A stretch of DNA of 64,000 nucleotides, from the NCBI GenBank assembly GCA_047495785.1, contig JBLDXI010000001.1, positions 4,340,001-4,404,000 of the forward strand, read 5' to 3'. Source of the stretch: Lepidodermella squamata (lineage: Eukaryota; Animalia; Gastrotricha). Of this stretch, positions 50,501 through 64,000 are shown in pieces. The stretch's first letter is position 1, and every line of letters begins with the position of its first letter. The notes under the pieces were generated by a model. That model saw only the letters and a list, made by a program, of their open reading frames with translations, made no database searches and was not told the DNA's origin. The translations under genes were made by a program, and so were the position numbers.

Positions 50501-51776
50501 GAAATTCGATGAAGTTTTGACACCGGGTTCTTGCTTAGCCTGATTCTCGGAGGCATGGTGATGATTTCATAGCCATCCTCCCAGTTGCCCCATGGAAAGA
50601 TGTAGCACGTGAAGTTTAAGTAACAATAATAAGGATCAGGATCAGGCTGGGTCCGCTTGCTATTTTGCAGTATTTGGTAATAACATAATAGGTTTTATTA
50701 TATTCATTAACTGGAGTATAAGATTCCATGCAGAAAGAAGTTCAAGATTCATGACATAAGAGGAAAGATACAAGAGAAAGGCAATATTTTCCCTCGAATT
50801 CAATAAATTCATTATTATATGTAGAGATAAGAAATATATTCTAGATATTAGAAGGCAGAGTATGGGTGATCTTGGCGACTCAACGGGGAAACTTAGAAGG
50901 AAAATAACTACGGGTGAAGGCTCAAGAGAGAGAGGGATGAGGGAGAGAGATGGGTGATGAGTGAGAGAGTGGGAGGGTATTCCGCTGGCTCTCCAATAAT
51001 AGAAGATATGGTAGATTAGAAAATGTCAGAATCAAAGTAATCACAAAATGTCGATGCCTTGCTTAAGACGCTGCAAATTCTGTCAGCCATGATAAAATGT
51101 ATCAATCTGGAAACAAATCTGCAGATGAGGCCTCAAACGACTAGGTAAGCTTCTAGTTTTCCTGAACTGCATGTCAGATAACAGTTTGTCTTTTCAGATC
51201 CTCAACGTCGGTTTTATCGATTCGGTCGACTTCTTTCGTAAGATACTGACTGGCTACAGGTCTCAACGGGCATTATTTGTTTTTTAATGTTGCCAAGAAA
51301 ATCGAAAATGGAAAATGGAATAAAATGGAAATTGAAAATGGAATAAATGAGCCATATTGATCGCTCATGCTCTTTTTATCAATCTTGTTGAGATTATTTT
51401 CAATTTCAATTTCTCGTCATTAGAAACTTTTAGGTGGAACGATCTGGCTAAACAGCTCTTCCTGAATCAGATGTGCTCAAAATTTGTAGCCCGAAAGATA
51501 GTTTCACACTCAGAGGTTTACGTAACATCCGAATAACTGTCCACGCAGCAGAATGCTGCTTGAGCTCGTACTTAAACCCATTTTCGTATAGTGGCGGCTT
51601 GCGGCGGTTGGGCATCGTTTCTCCTGCAAGTTTTTGCATGCTTTTTGCCAGGTAATTAAAATGCTGGTTGAAGCTGGCTAGCAATGACGTTGTTGAATGG
51701 CGTCTATTATAAAGTAAACTAAATTTTAGGCACTCAGTCAAGGCAAAGCTACACAGCTCAATCTACTATGTAGAAA

Positions 51777-51820
51777 CCATAGACAAATAATAATAATATT
51801 ATAATATTATTTGTCTATGG
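51777..51820. mobile_element. 44-bp mini-MITE with a 6-bp TSD (TAGAAA)
   Basis: 16-bp TIRs CCATAGACAAATAATA and TATTATTTGTCTATGG; TAGAAA at 51771-51776 and 51821-51826. Confidence 0.75.
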
Positions 51821-53029
51821 TAGAAACATAGGATTTAGCATTTATGAATTTCTAACTCAGCTCCCGCTTGTACAACTACAGCTACAAAGTACAAAGAGCG
51901 GAATGGGGTTGATTTCGGTAGTTCTCTCTTCGGCCACGAATTGACCGTCGCCATAAGGCCTTCCCAATGTCTAGCTGTTACTCATCGACCTGAATATCCA
52001 TACGTATGAAGACGTTTGAGTTTTCTTACATCCACTGTGAAATCGTTTCCTTGCAGGAGCGGACCTACCATTAAAAAATAATCGGGCCGCGAGCAAGTCA
52101 TTCAGATGCTTCCAGTTATTGGGGCGCTTGAATAAGGGTCTTATCTTCAAATGGCACGCTTCTTCCTAAACTCTGATTCAGATTCGATTTAGACGTAAAA
52201 CATAGAAACTAGAAGTGCGACCTATACCAGGGCACGAATTGCGGGACTTTCTTTTGCACGCGAAGAGAGACGCCCGTCATCCGTGAACCGGTGTTTGAGA
52301 GCCGTCGTTTTTGCTATATCGTCTAATTGGGCAACCGTTGCCATCTATACGTTGTAGGTATCTTTTCCATGTGGTCGGCCTTTAACCTCAGATGAGTGCT
52401 AGCCGCCTTACTGTGACCGACTACCTACTACCTCTTGCTTTAGCTTTTGCATTGTCGCTTCCTCGGACCGCTTTATGCTACTCCCGAAATGCAACTCTTT
52501 CATCTTACTTATACTATTTGATCGAGTTTAGTGTGTTCTTTCTAGGTCGCCCGGTGATTCCAACGCAACGGTATCATTATCGAACGCCGTAAGCACTGAA
52601 TCGAAGGGACTGAGCCCGCAATTTGCGTCCATCTTCGAAATTAGCGCATTCTCGTCCCTAGAAATTAGCGCCTTAAATACAAATTAGCCGTAGTATTTCC
52701 TTGCTATTGTAACCGCCTGATGGACGGTATAATTAGTGTACCTGACCAAGATTCAGGATTTGGTGTCTCATGTGATTTATTCAGTATATTCAAACAGTCG
52801 ATTTTTCTATTCGTAATAAGCGCACCAACCGTCACAACGGTTACTAGCCGGCCACAATACCTCGGTCAGCCTCACAATGCCGCCACCAGCACCTACACCA
52901 GCACCATTTTGAGCATAATGAAATATACTGGCGCCCATTAAGCACGTCCGATGTACACTGCACACGTCCCCTGTAGTCCTTACAATTACTGATTTCTCCT
53001 GTGACATAACTCGGTGGAGCCACTGATGC

Positions 53030-53467
53030 CATGTGACGTAGATAGGACGCCGCACTAAGAGGTTTTCGGACACGAAAAACTGAAGTCAGACTAATAAGGG
53101 GCAAAGTTCATCGTTGCAAATTTAATGAGATGAATCATGTCATTATTTTCCACCAAAATATTTCTTGTGCTATTTATGTGTATTTTTGAGCAGATGTTGC
53201 CATTTCATCAGCTCAATTCATCTTTAAAGATGCATCTCCTCTTTGTAGCGTCTCGGAAACCGCCCCAAATCACTACTTTTTGCGATCTTTGAAACTTGAA
53301 CTAATTAATTTTAAATTTTTAAATTTTAATTATTAAACGAATTGGAATTGAGCCCCGCCATTTTTTTTCAAGCTGCAAAATATTCTGAATATTAATGAGG
53401 AGAAAAGTGAACACGTCTTCTTGTCTGTTGGCGTGCTCTGAGTGCGGCGTCCTATCTACGTCACATG
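53030..53467. mobile_element. MITE with 8-bp TSD (P-element-like or hAT-like), 438 bp
   Basis: 27-bp perfect TIR CATGTGACGTAGATAGGACGCCGCACT; ACTGATGC on both flanks. Confidence 0.88.
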
Positions 53468-55719
53468 ACTGATGCCTGCTTAAGCATGGGTGATGTAGGC
53501 TTCTACCCGCAGTGGCATCATTGGTATAGGAATGGGTAGCCCTGGTGCTCTGCAGGAATTAATTTGGTTATGCAAGAAATTCATCATTGTGAAAACCCCT
53601 AAAATTCCGATCGCTATCTAAGTTCCCACTTTCTTCCACGCAGGAATAGACTCGTGAGTAGGAATCTTGTCCTGTATAGGTCGGTGACTGATCGAGCGTC
53701 TGTCAAATCAGTTGGCTTGACATCCGCCTTGAAAATTGAAGAGTGCAGCTCCGCGATTGGGAAGTGGATCTCGAACTACGGTCAACATGCACCAAATGTT
53801 TTCTCGAGAAGGACTTTGCATCAGACTGTGATTCCTTTCTGTGGGAAATTTACGCGGGCACGTCAAGTCATCGTGGCAACTAAGCTGTTTTATTTTTTAA
53901 ATAAAAGTGGCAACGACTGGCTGATCTTGTTTATTTTACTATCTTTACTTTCTGGAACTTTTAGTTTACTTTCAGAAATTTTGAAATGAATCCAGCGTTG
54001 GAATTAAGCCCGGTCGAACAGCGCTGTTTTCTGCAGTAAGGTCTAAGTGTGAATCGCGATATTAACTCGATCTTGGAATGAATGTTTTCAAGGAGACTTA
54101 GTGTTGAAGTCCAATTGCTGAAATACAGTGAAAATCAAAAGTTACGCACGGTCATGAATTTGTTGAGCTGAAACTCAAAATATCCCACACGCGCCCGAAC
54201 TATTTTTAGCTCCACACATGGGTTATTTTCAGCTAAAAATAAAAAGTATAACTCGGACAAACCAAGAAGTTTTAATAGTTTTAAAAATATTTATGAATAT
54301 TCATAAGGTGCTAATTAATATTCCGAGCCTTCCAAATTGATAATTATGTCAGAAAAATTTCGGAAAAAATCATTTCGATTTGTTGTAACCTTATTTTAAG
54401 TGCGCGAATTTTTCCGCAATTTTCGGTTCTCAACTAAGAATGTCCTAGTTTCATGACATCTCATGAATATATGCATATTATTGAAACTATCACACTTTTC
54501 GGAGCTCGCGAAAAATGCGTCATTTTGGTCCGTTTTGAAGGAGATAAACAGTCTCATTTCGCTCGTGCGAAAAAGTTTAGCTAGCGTCGCCTCAATTCCA
54601 CCCTGCGGATCTTTTGATTGTCACTGTACCTGTAATGCCTGCGCTACAGATTAGGGCGCCCCAATTTTTCAGTGCGCGTAAATATTTTCAATCCGTAATG
54701 TAGGAGGGCCTGAAAAGGTGCAGCCTGAATGGCTACCATCACGGCTACCAATACATCGCCATCGCTGTCCACACCCACAGATTATTTAGAGCGTTCACCT
54801 GTGGAAAGCATTCATCAATATATGCATCATTCATTGAAAAACCTTTCAAGTCGAGGAGTTTTTCAACGGTAAATCCTTGGGGACCGTAATTGAGTCGTCA
54901 GGAGTGACGAATGGTCATGTAGCCATCTTTCAGTAGGGTTCCAATTCAACTTCGCTTTTCAGCTTGTTTATCAACTGCTCGTCAGTGTGAAGATTTCAGC
55001 TATCATTTATAACTAGAAAGTATAATTAAACCGTTTTTCGGATCTCTCCGATTGCAGGTTGCCGATTTCGACTGTTTCGGGGTGAAATTCGAGAAACAAA
55101 ACAGCTAACTCGGCATTGAAGGTTATAGGCATTATTTTTCCACTACTTTATTTGCATCTGAAATTTTATTTCATCCAACAGAAACTTTCGCTCCCGAATA
55201 TCTTCATCGACGTCAATGGAGCTATCTTCGACTCACAGCTAACAATGCATATGGTAGCATGATTCCCACCCAGTAATAATACACCGCCACTTTCGATGGA
55301 AATACAGCTATATATCAATTCGGCTACGTGAAATATTTTATTCGGAACCATAGATGTAGCTAAAGCCGATGTTAGCCAAGTTAACCATCGTTCATTAGCA
55401 TTGATATAGCTAGGGTCTATTAGCAGATCTGTTTTGCAAAACTGCACCATATCGTTAGGTAATTGGGATTCAATTCAATTTGCTCCCCTATCAGTTTTAT
55501 GATCTACTTTGGGGGCTCATTTAGACCAAATATAGAAAATAGAATTAGTCGAAATGCAGAGAGAGCACTTAGTAACATGATCTCCGTAGCAATTTTTAAA
55601 TTCTCGTCTTTTTGGCGAAATACTGTGAGAGGTCGCTTGAGTTGAAATTATCTGTGGGTTCAGCTCAAAGAAGCTGTTCATCGAACGAATACGAAAGAAC
55701 CGTGGTCATGATAACGTGG

Positions 55720-57006
55720 AGTAGAACAGGTGGCGGAATGAGCTGTTTTTTAGGGTCGCAACAGGTTGCTATGAAGATCAGTATTAGACCTAGTGACGGG
55801 AAGCGCGCCATCAGAATAGATCCGGCGATTGTTATTGGTGTTCATTGATGCGTTACAAAATGAATGCTTCGCTGTTGTTTGAATTTGCTGGGAAGATAAG
55901 GTATGACAATTGCGCGATCGCGAATGAGAACAAAATGTGGGCGTAAGGGGGTGTAGACGTTAGATGCTGGAAAATGGAAAGACGTTAGCGCACCTTGCAA
56001 AAGAAATGTATTTTCTTCAATTTAATTTGCATACAATGCAAATGAGCCATTTATATTCAATTACATATGATTCGGCATGGTTACGGTAATGATGTGCATA
56101 TAAAATTGGTAAAAATGGTCATAATTAGGCTGATCTTAACGGTCTCGTTTTTTGTTCCCATTGACTTGGGGTTGACGACGGCCAGCTTGTCGACCAGCTA
56201 GAACGGGACCACGCAGACAGGCCTGCCCGTTATGGAGACCAAACCAAAACAGAATATTATAATTTGAGGAGGGTTAAGAGGAGCATAACAGGGGAGCCTA
56301 TATTAGCTAAAATAACACGGAGAGGCCTTTATAATTGCACATATCACTACAGCATTCACAGGATGAGGTAACTGTCAGAAGAGCTATTTCGCAGTGGAAA
56401 TTCCAAGAGTCTAAACCTGAGTAGGAACAGGTGGCGGAATCAACTGTTTTTTGGGGTCGCAACAGGTTGCTATGAAGATTAGTATTAGTGGCGAGAAGCA
56501 CGCCATCAGAATAGATCCGGCGATTGTTATTGGTGTTCATTGTTGGGTTATAAAACTTCGCTGGTAGGACGGTACTGGTTGAACGGAATTAGACCCAATT
56601 TTGAGATTTAAAACAGATTTTCCAACTGCAGGCAGAATATTTCCGTCTGGGCCTGTTGCTCTAGCGGGGAAAATTTCGGCATTTGGGTAATAGGTCTGCT
56701 GAAACGTTGGAGTTCGATTGGTTCGAGTAATGGGGCTAGGGCTATTCACAAACACCGCTGCCACCAATTGTTAACCGTGGTCTTGAAGTCTTGGAATCAA
56801 AATCCGCTCTTAATTCGAGCAAATGCCCACACATAAGCCATATGTAGGCATAAAAAATCAAACAACTTAGCGTCACTAGCCAGTTATACTGTTTAAAGTT
56901 GCCAGCTCCGTCGTTGTATTACTACTAGCCTATAAGCTAAAATAACACGGAGAGGCCTTTATAATTGCACATATCACTACAGTATTCACAGGATGTGGTA
57001 ACTGTC
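55720..57006. repeat. Local dispersed direct repeats (55720-55850 vs 56420-56545; 56305-56376 vs 56935-57006)
   Basis: Visible sequence identity. The repeats surround a Gypsy protease-like fragment at 56560-56700 (ATGPDGNILPAVGKSVLNLKIG). Confidence 0.6.
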
Positions 57007-57559
57007 CCAGGATATGCAGCAGCTGAGGTTTGGGTATTGCACGTTACTTCTTTTTTGATGCATGAGTGGTTGTAAATCATCGACCTGCGTTGATCGCTGA
57101 AAGCTAGAAGCTATAGAAATATAAAAATAGAGGTGATAATAGCTTTATAATGGCAGATAAGGCTATTATCGATAAATATTAAGCAAAAAGTAACAGTTGT
57201 TGAAAGGAGTTTTCGTAGAAGTGGGCACCGAGAGGGATCGATCGCGCCCAGGATACAGCGGGCATCCAATGCGGCATAGTGACTTCATCTTTCATCAAAT
57301 GCAACGTGGAACGAGACCTACGCCGGGAGCTGTTGGTCAAGATGGATTCATGCAGTTACTAGGCCAATCGAATTCTGGCGCTCCTGCTTACCATCCAACA
57401 GTCAGTTCTGGCGCCTCGCTGCCTGATTTTCAAGTTCAACTAATTTATATCATAAGTTGATATTTGCATGAAAGAAACGCGAATAAAACTGAAGTTTTTC
57501 GAAATGACCGGACTCTTTTGACACAGTAAATTGTTCGGTTATAATCGCACCTGTTTCCT

Positions 57560-57737
57560 GGGTATGGCGACAAAACAGCAACTCCGCAGAACAGCGTATG
57601 CGACAAAACAGCAAATTTTTCAAACTTGCGCCAAAACAGCGTAAACTTACTGTGTAAAAGATGCATCGAGTATCTGCTGTTATGTCGCAAGTTGAACATT
57701 TTGCTGTTTTGTCGCGTTTGCTGTTTTGGGTATATGC
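57560..57737. mobile_element. MITE-like element with inverted GCGACAAAACAGCA subterminal repeats
   Basis: Several forward CAAAACAGC copies and two reverse copies. Confidence 0.5.
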
Positions 57738-58126
57738 TTTTTTTTTTTTTATTTACGGCGGGGCCGTGGCCCCGGTTTTTCGGAGGCGCTTCTGATGGTG
57801 GGGCACTTCCTCCTAGACAGTTGCCAGCTGTCCCCCCATTGCTCGCCGCTGGTTTTTCACCGCAGCTCTCCCGTGTGCTACCTTTGAGGCGGGGGAAGTG
57901 ATGATGGGTCACTGCACACGTGTAACCTACGCCCGCCCCATCGCGAGCCTCAAGCAAGTGTTTCAACTTGTACTCGAGTACCGGAATTTTTTATTTTATC
58001 CAGCGACTTCGGTCGGCCGCTGTCGTGAGCACAAATTCTTGTGCAGACTCGGGCGTTGAACCCGTGCCTCACTAGAACCACACTAGCATACCCTATGCTA
58101 GTCGCCTAACCACTAGGCCACTGCTG
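57738..58126 (-). mobile_element. tRNA-derived SINE-like element
   Basis: Minus-strand A box TGGCCTAGTGG and B box GGGTTCAACGCC, GC-rich body, A13 tail at 57738-57750. Confidence 0.7.
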
Positions 58127-59429
58127 TTATGATGGTCTGCCGTTTCCTGCTTGCCAGTTTGCCAGTTTGCCAGATCAAAGCAGCTGCTTTGATCAGTTCA
58201 CTTCACCCTACAGATTGGGAAATTTGCAGGCAGCTATAGATTCATTGGATACGCAAATCCAGAAACACAATAAAATACTCTTTTAAGATTATTGAATCCA
58301 TTCCTCCGGACGGCACGCGGTCAATGTGGCCTAGTCATAAACGACTTGCCGACAGGATTGATGGTGTACCTGTGCGACGGGAATCCCGCTGATATCGCTG
58401 TTTTCACGCCGCAAACTTATATGACAACAATGCAGAAACAAAAATGCCGCGACTGATGGCGGTCTCATGAAATTGTAGGGAAAATAAGATGTTCTTGTTG
58501 ATATTGTTTCTCATTTTAATGTTATTCTTAATGTATTTCTTTTCCCCACGGCTGATAACCTCCATAACCTTTCGGATTTTGAGGAAGGCGAAGGCAAGGC
58601 AAAGCAGAAATTTAGTCACCCGCCACCACAGCCGAGAAGTCTTGTCATTCCTCTCGATTTTATTTTATTTAGTCATCGAAGTAATTTTGATCTTTCAGTT
58701 CGGCTAGGGTCCAACCTTACGCAGCTCAGTGCTTTCTTACCCAAACTCACGATTCTACATTTGGCAGCCGCTTTTCTCTAAATAAAAAGCCTGAATATTT
58801 TATGAACACGCATTTTTACAGAATTTCGGCGTCAGAATAAATTTTAGCGCATTATCAAACATGTCGCACTAATGAACTCGAGTTCTGAATGAGACGTAAA
58901 TTGTTTGCCAAGTGTTGACTTGCGTATTAGTGTTATATTGAATTTATATACACTTGATACCAAGCTGAAGCCACGCATCTAACGTAAAAGTCATACCGTA
59001 ATGCCAGGTAAATTTAATGCTCGCTCTAAGCTGGCTAGTATTGACGTCATCACTGGATGCCGTCCAGTGTGAAGGTAACAACATTTTAAGTATCCAGCAC
59101 CTGTCCAACACCTCCTCTATTCGTAGTTCAGACAACTAGTGTTTCAGGATTTGTTGCTTAGATGCAGCTCTACATTCGCAATGTCCTATCGCCAAAGTTC
59201 AACAATTGGCCGCAGTTTCTAATTGCTTCTAGGCACATTATTGAAGGGTTTAAAATGGTCAAGAAATGTGGGTCGACTATGTGGTAGGGGAAATCCATTT
59301 CATTAAAAATCCCATCTCCGCGAACAACGAATATTTTAGTTGATGGATTGATTAGTTTCCAGCCAGCTTGATAACAAATTTTTCAGCTCTGGAATTCAGT
59401 TTTCCTCTCAGTCTGGATGGGACTAAGGA

Positions 59430-60450
59430 AAATTTTACGGTCCCGTGCAGATAATGAGTTACTCCTTTTTCCTTGAAAAATGTAGCCCGCTTCTTGTTCA
59501 CAAATTCGCCACCTGAATCTCTTAGGATCGTGGCTATGGGCTTGTCGTGGAATCTCGTTGCCATTTACGCATGAAATTGCATGAGCTTCGGACTTTTCAC
59601 GGATTGGAAAGGTGAACAGGTAGCGCGAGTAGTCGTCAATGACTGTTAGCACATATTTCGAACCTCCAAGGGACGCTTGAACAGGGCCAACCACGTCGTT
59701 GTGAATCTTTTGAAGGATGCGGGTTGTGTTGATTCCGCCGATCTCAGGATGTGGCAGTCGACGAATTTTGCCGTACACGCATTCTTTAAAGAAATCGAGC
59801 TTTTCTGTTGGATTGATCTTGAAGTTCTTAGCCAGATTTTCACTCGACATCTCCTTCAGAGTTTGGCCAATTATTGCCAATCATTGCCACGTCCACGTTA
59901 GGCACTATAGGGCATTCCAGGTACTTTTGTATTTTCTTGCCAGATCTTGCTCAGGTGTCACAGTGCGTGCGGTTCGAGAAGTCTTAGCCTTGCAGTCGCT
60001 TCGCCTGTGTGACATTTACCTCGAAATGGACCAGAACTATTCCCGGCTACAAGTGCCAGTTCTGTCGGGGCGTTAACAGTGCTGCTGCTAAAGTTCCATT
60101 CTTCCACCACCAAAGCCTCTTGACATTGGCCAAACGCCAATTTGTCCTTGTGGCGTAGTATTGTTGCAACCGTTTGAAAACAAGGAGTTAGGCTTCTTAG
60201 TAGATAATCGATTTTCTACTTTTCGTCAACAGCTGTAGCGTCGATTGCCATCAATTGCATGACCAGAACGCTTAGCCGTCGTACGATGTCTGGTAACTTC
60301 TCGTCGGCTTGCATTCGTAGCTCTGACAGCTGATGCTTTAGATTGGTCGCCCGAGAAGCTGACTTGGATTCGAAATGGTCCCAAAGCCAGTGGCGTGTTT
60401 AGCTTCAAGTTGGTTGCTTGAGAGATCTCCTTTAAGCTGGTTGCATTGCT
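59430..60450 (-). mobile_element. Ty1/Copia remnant (GAG-pre-integrase and integrase)
   Basis: ECVYGK..RLP, IHNDVVGP...GGSKYVLTVIDDYSRY and LRDSGGEF, frameshifted. Confidence 0.9.
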
Positions 60451-62139
60451 GGTCAGAAACAGGCATTCGGTTGCCAGAGATTGACTGATGATATTTTTCG
60501 CGGTTCGCAGTTCACGTAGTTATTTCCCTTGAGTGGTATATTTCCCATGAGAATAGTGCTATGGATGATGTACGTAAATAATCGGGTGCGATATTTTCCA
60601 ACGGAGGACTTCAACGGAGGACAATCAGTTGGAGAATTTAAGCGTGGGACCCCCAAACCATCAGATCTAGACAGTAGTGGAAATCAAGGGTCGGCAACTT
60701 GCTCCTTCTTTATGACGAATATTCCGCTGTACAGTCACCGTACATTCAGCTAAGAAGCTACTAAGCTGTTACATCATGAGCGAGGTGGAAATTTTTAGAC
60801 GTAAAAATAGAACTAGATTTGCGACTTCAAAATCTCGAAGTTCTGAGGTCGAACTCGAAGCAATAGAAATACGGCTAAGGAAAATTGGAATTATCGGTAT
60901 GAGACTTGCTGATTTTCTGACTGCCAATGATTCCAGGTATCTTCATTATTTGATACCCAGTATTTAATGTGAAATAACAGTCACTTGTTTTTCAGATTCG
61001 AGAATTCCTTCTCCTGCTTCAACCTGATTTCCATCTTTGATGAATGAAATTTGAATAAATTCCGATGTTCTATTTCTCATTGTGTTCTCAAGAGTTTTTT
61101 TGAACATGCAAGGATACCGATGTTTAAGAAAACACTGCGTATCTATATGGTTAAGTCTATGATTAAAAAATATCACACTATATCCTTGATTTGTCAATCC
61201 TGAGATGAATCTGCAGACAAGGGCGTAAAGACTTGGCATGCTCAGTTTTACTGAACTGGAGATCGGATAAAAAATTACCGTAAATTCCGAACAACCAACC
61301 CGGGCGGCACTACAAAGAACAACAAAGTGCCGACAAAGAGGTGCCGCCTGGGCTTGTATTTGGATATTTACGGTATTTCAGATTTTTAGATTTATATGGG
61401 ATCGTCGAAAATCTCGCAATCTCGAATAATCTCAGCGGCGTCTTCTGCTTGTTTGTTTCCCTCGTTTTGTTTCATCATTGCAATGTTTCCGAATTTTTAC
61501 GGATTATTTCCCGGCAACTGCCGAAATTCAGAAAAATATAAGTTCTCATATTGAAGTAAAACAATTCATCGGAATTCAGCATTAGCTGATCGGTTTGACC
61601 TATGACCTATGAATCATCGCCATTAAATCTGTCAGATGAGTCATCAACATTTTTGCGAAATTTCTGCTTTTTACTTTTGAAACTCATCCAAAATCGTTAA
61701 AATGTGCTTATGATCGCCATGAAAAGTTAGGCTAGATATTATATGGACGATCCGTCAAAAATTCGCAATCGACTTGCAAGTAACGTTTTGTTGTTTTTCT
61801 CGAGAAGGGGTTTTGAGGACTTCACACTTTTTCTGGCTTCCATGACGTAATATCAAGTCTGAATTGATCGCACTAATGTATTTCGAGAACTTCTGCATCT
61901 GAATGAATAAGACGACTGGAAGCAATGACCTTGAGTTCGTTAATTGTTGCAGTCGATGTTGACTCAAACATGGCTTTCGCATTTTGATACGACAGTCCGC
62001 CAAACTGAAGACACGCAACTTATGAAATTCTCGCTTTTACGGCAGGTAATTTTAATGCTCGTACGAAGCTGGCTAGCATTGACGTCACTGGATGCCGTCG
62101 AGAGTGAAGAGCTCAAATGAGTGGGTAAGCTGTAAACTT

Positions 62140-63250
62140 TTGTTATTGCCTGCCATAATGGCTCAATTCTTCAAAGCTAAGCTTGAGATATTGTTCAGCC
62201 TCAACGTCATTATTCCAAGTAGTTTCCTGCTCGATCTTCTCTCGAATGGGTGCTTCGAGGGTGATGACGAGGAATTTTCCGCCTCGAGAAGTACCTATAT
62301 TTGGCAACGAACGATCTAGCCATCTACAATGCCAAATAACGTTTATCGCTATTACACCGCAGTGAAAATGTCGACAGCGGCAAAGCCAACGTAAGTTATC
62401 ACATTTTTTGTTCATGTGACTTGGACATCTCATTTGGCTCAAAAGGAGGCTTGGATTTCTCAATTTCCTCGCGGAGATCGTGGATGTGTTTACTTTCCAC
62501 CGAATCAAGCTGAATCCTTGTCTCGGCGTTTGGAGCGCATTAGTTGGCGCTGTTATTCTGCGAATAGCTCTTTCAAGTCACTTGTTGGAGTTCGCAGCGG
62601 CGGCTTGTCGAACATTGTTCTCCGTGAACACTACTCAATCGCGTTCATAAACGTGCCTTGTTTCGGGGTCGAAGACTCGATATGCATTCCGATTTGTTGC
62701 GACACCAAGGTGGCTCATCAACTTGGCTTTTTCCTTTGCTCGTTTGGGATCCTTAACAAACATAGGAAGCCGAACACCTTAATCATCCGCCCGAAAAAAC
62801 CCTCGATCGGCGTCCCGCTTGGCTGGTTACCGAAGTTCTTTCATTTACATGACCTAACCTTGCATGCCAAAGATCAGTCACGTGTAACAACGCTCTCGTA
62901 TATTAGGCGTTATAACATTGCAATTCAAGGTGTAAATTATATCTCGTCTTTGAGCCCTGGCAATTTCCTTGCCATGGTGCTTCAGGAAGCACTGATCTCC
63001 AGCGAACACCACTTTGTTTACGCGCTCTGTAGCTGCAGAAACAGAAAACAAGTTCACTGCTAATGCTGGGATCACCAACACTCCATGCAACGTGAAATTG
63101 GTACCAACTTGGTAATCAGCTTCACAACGCCTGATCCGCAAGCTGTCAGTACGTTACCATCACCCACCGTCGCGCTAAAATGCTGGTATTATGAACAATG
63201 TCGATCTAGTTCGTTATGTGTCTTGAGACGACAATGAAACTCTTTTCCTC
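62140..63250 (-). mobile_element. Ty1/Copia remnant (protease and post-integrase SH3-like region)
   Basis: TVGDGNVL, LHGVLVIPALAVNLFSVS and KVFGFLC in broken frames. Confidence 0.75.
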
Positions 63251-64000
63251 TTCGGCGATTTCATTCGTGACGAATCGTCCGTCACTTCGGTACTGAGCGC
63301 GCTGAACGCAACCGTAACAACAATATTTGTTCTGCAATTGGGCTGTGTAGAAGTTAGATCGGAGAAGTTACTATTCGTGTGTTTTATTCATAAGAGGATA
63401 GCCTAGTTTAACTTGCTCTTGTGTTGTAAACAGAGTACGAGAGTACATACTACAAAAGCACTCGAGTTTAATGTCGTTATAATAGTTGGAGCCGTTCCAA
63501 TCTCGAACCAGTAGCCAACGCAATTGCCGTGATGGTTATATTCCAATTAGTTGTGTCGTCAGGCGCCCAAACGTGGTCTTGCGTGGCAAGACCACGTCCT
63601 TGAACAGTCCTATCATTGCATGAAATATTTTATATCAATCTTCCGATAAAATTTGGCTGGCTGCGTCGACCAACTCTAACGTCACGTCGTGATCATGCTG
63701 CCAAGTCGTCGCCCCTGGGCACGCATTTTGCTTATGCCCCAGGCGCCAGCACTTGCAGCATCCGGTTCCCCGGCGCTTCGCGCCCTTCACGGCGCCGCGA
63801 GGCTTTCTTTTTCGCCCGCGGGCCGCCGTTGCGCTAAGAAGGAGGCACAACGGTGTAGGTTTTGTGAATTCAGTGTGAATTCAGGCCATTGCTTCTTCAT
63901 ACGTGTTTGGTTCAGTATCCTGAAAAATAGCTGCTAAAGCAAGATTAGCTACTCCACTTTCATGTTCAGGAAATGCTTCTGCTAGAGGTGCAAGGAATAC

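Larger units (their letters stand above)
40830..51728 (+). repeat. Segmental duplication, copy 2
   Basis: Colinear with 24011-33597; has extra insertions at 42107-43499 and 50173-50500. Confidence 0.95.

Noticed and set aside
55166-55850. Possible membrane-protein pseudogene
   Set aside because: Hydrophobic fragments only, many stops, no family motif.
57445-57966. 173-aa minus-strand ORF
   Set aside because: It runs through the SINE body, poly(A) tail and a MITE.
62416-63063. 215-aa plus-strand ORF
   Set aside because: Antisense to the Copia remnant; no recognisable motifs.
63560-63580. GGCGCCCAAACGTGG as a tRNA-Lys primer-binding site
   Set aside because: Imperfect match, with no identifiable LTR or downstream gag.

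Overview
AT-rich, repeat-dense eukaryotic DNA, very likely invertebrate metazoan: short 50-90 nt GT-AG introns and near-vertebrate-like tRNAs. Host genes: a two-exon IRG-like GTPase head-to-head with an intronless SABATH methyltransferase, and three class C (GABA-B-like) Venus-flytrap receptor genes. Two of these are complete 5-exon 7TM genes; the third is truncated to the ectodomain inside a ~10 kb segmental duplication. The rest is transposon material: a MULE end, Gypsy and Copia remnants, several MITEs and a SINE. Two elements stand out. One is a 1.39 kb TIR-bounded non-autonomous DNA transposon whose whole interior is a multi-isotype tRNA array; it sits in intron 1 of the duplicated receptor, and the empty site is visible in the other copy. 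The other is a 2.16 kb IS630/Tc1/mariner-type element with an intron-containing DD31E transposase and a convergent, intron-containing Myb/SANT-like gene inside the same TIRs. All calls are by eye; no database searches were run.
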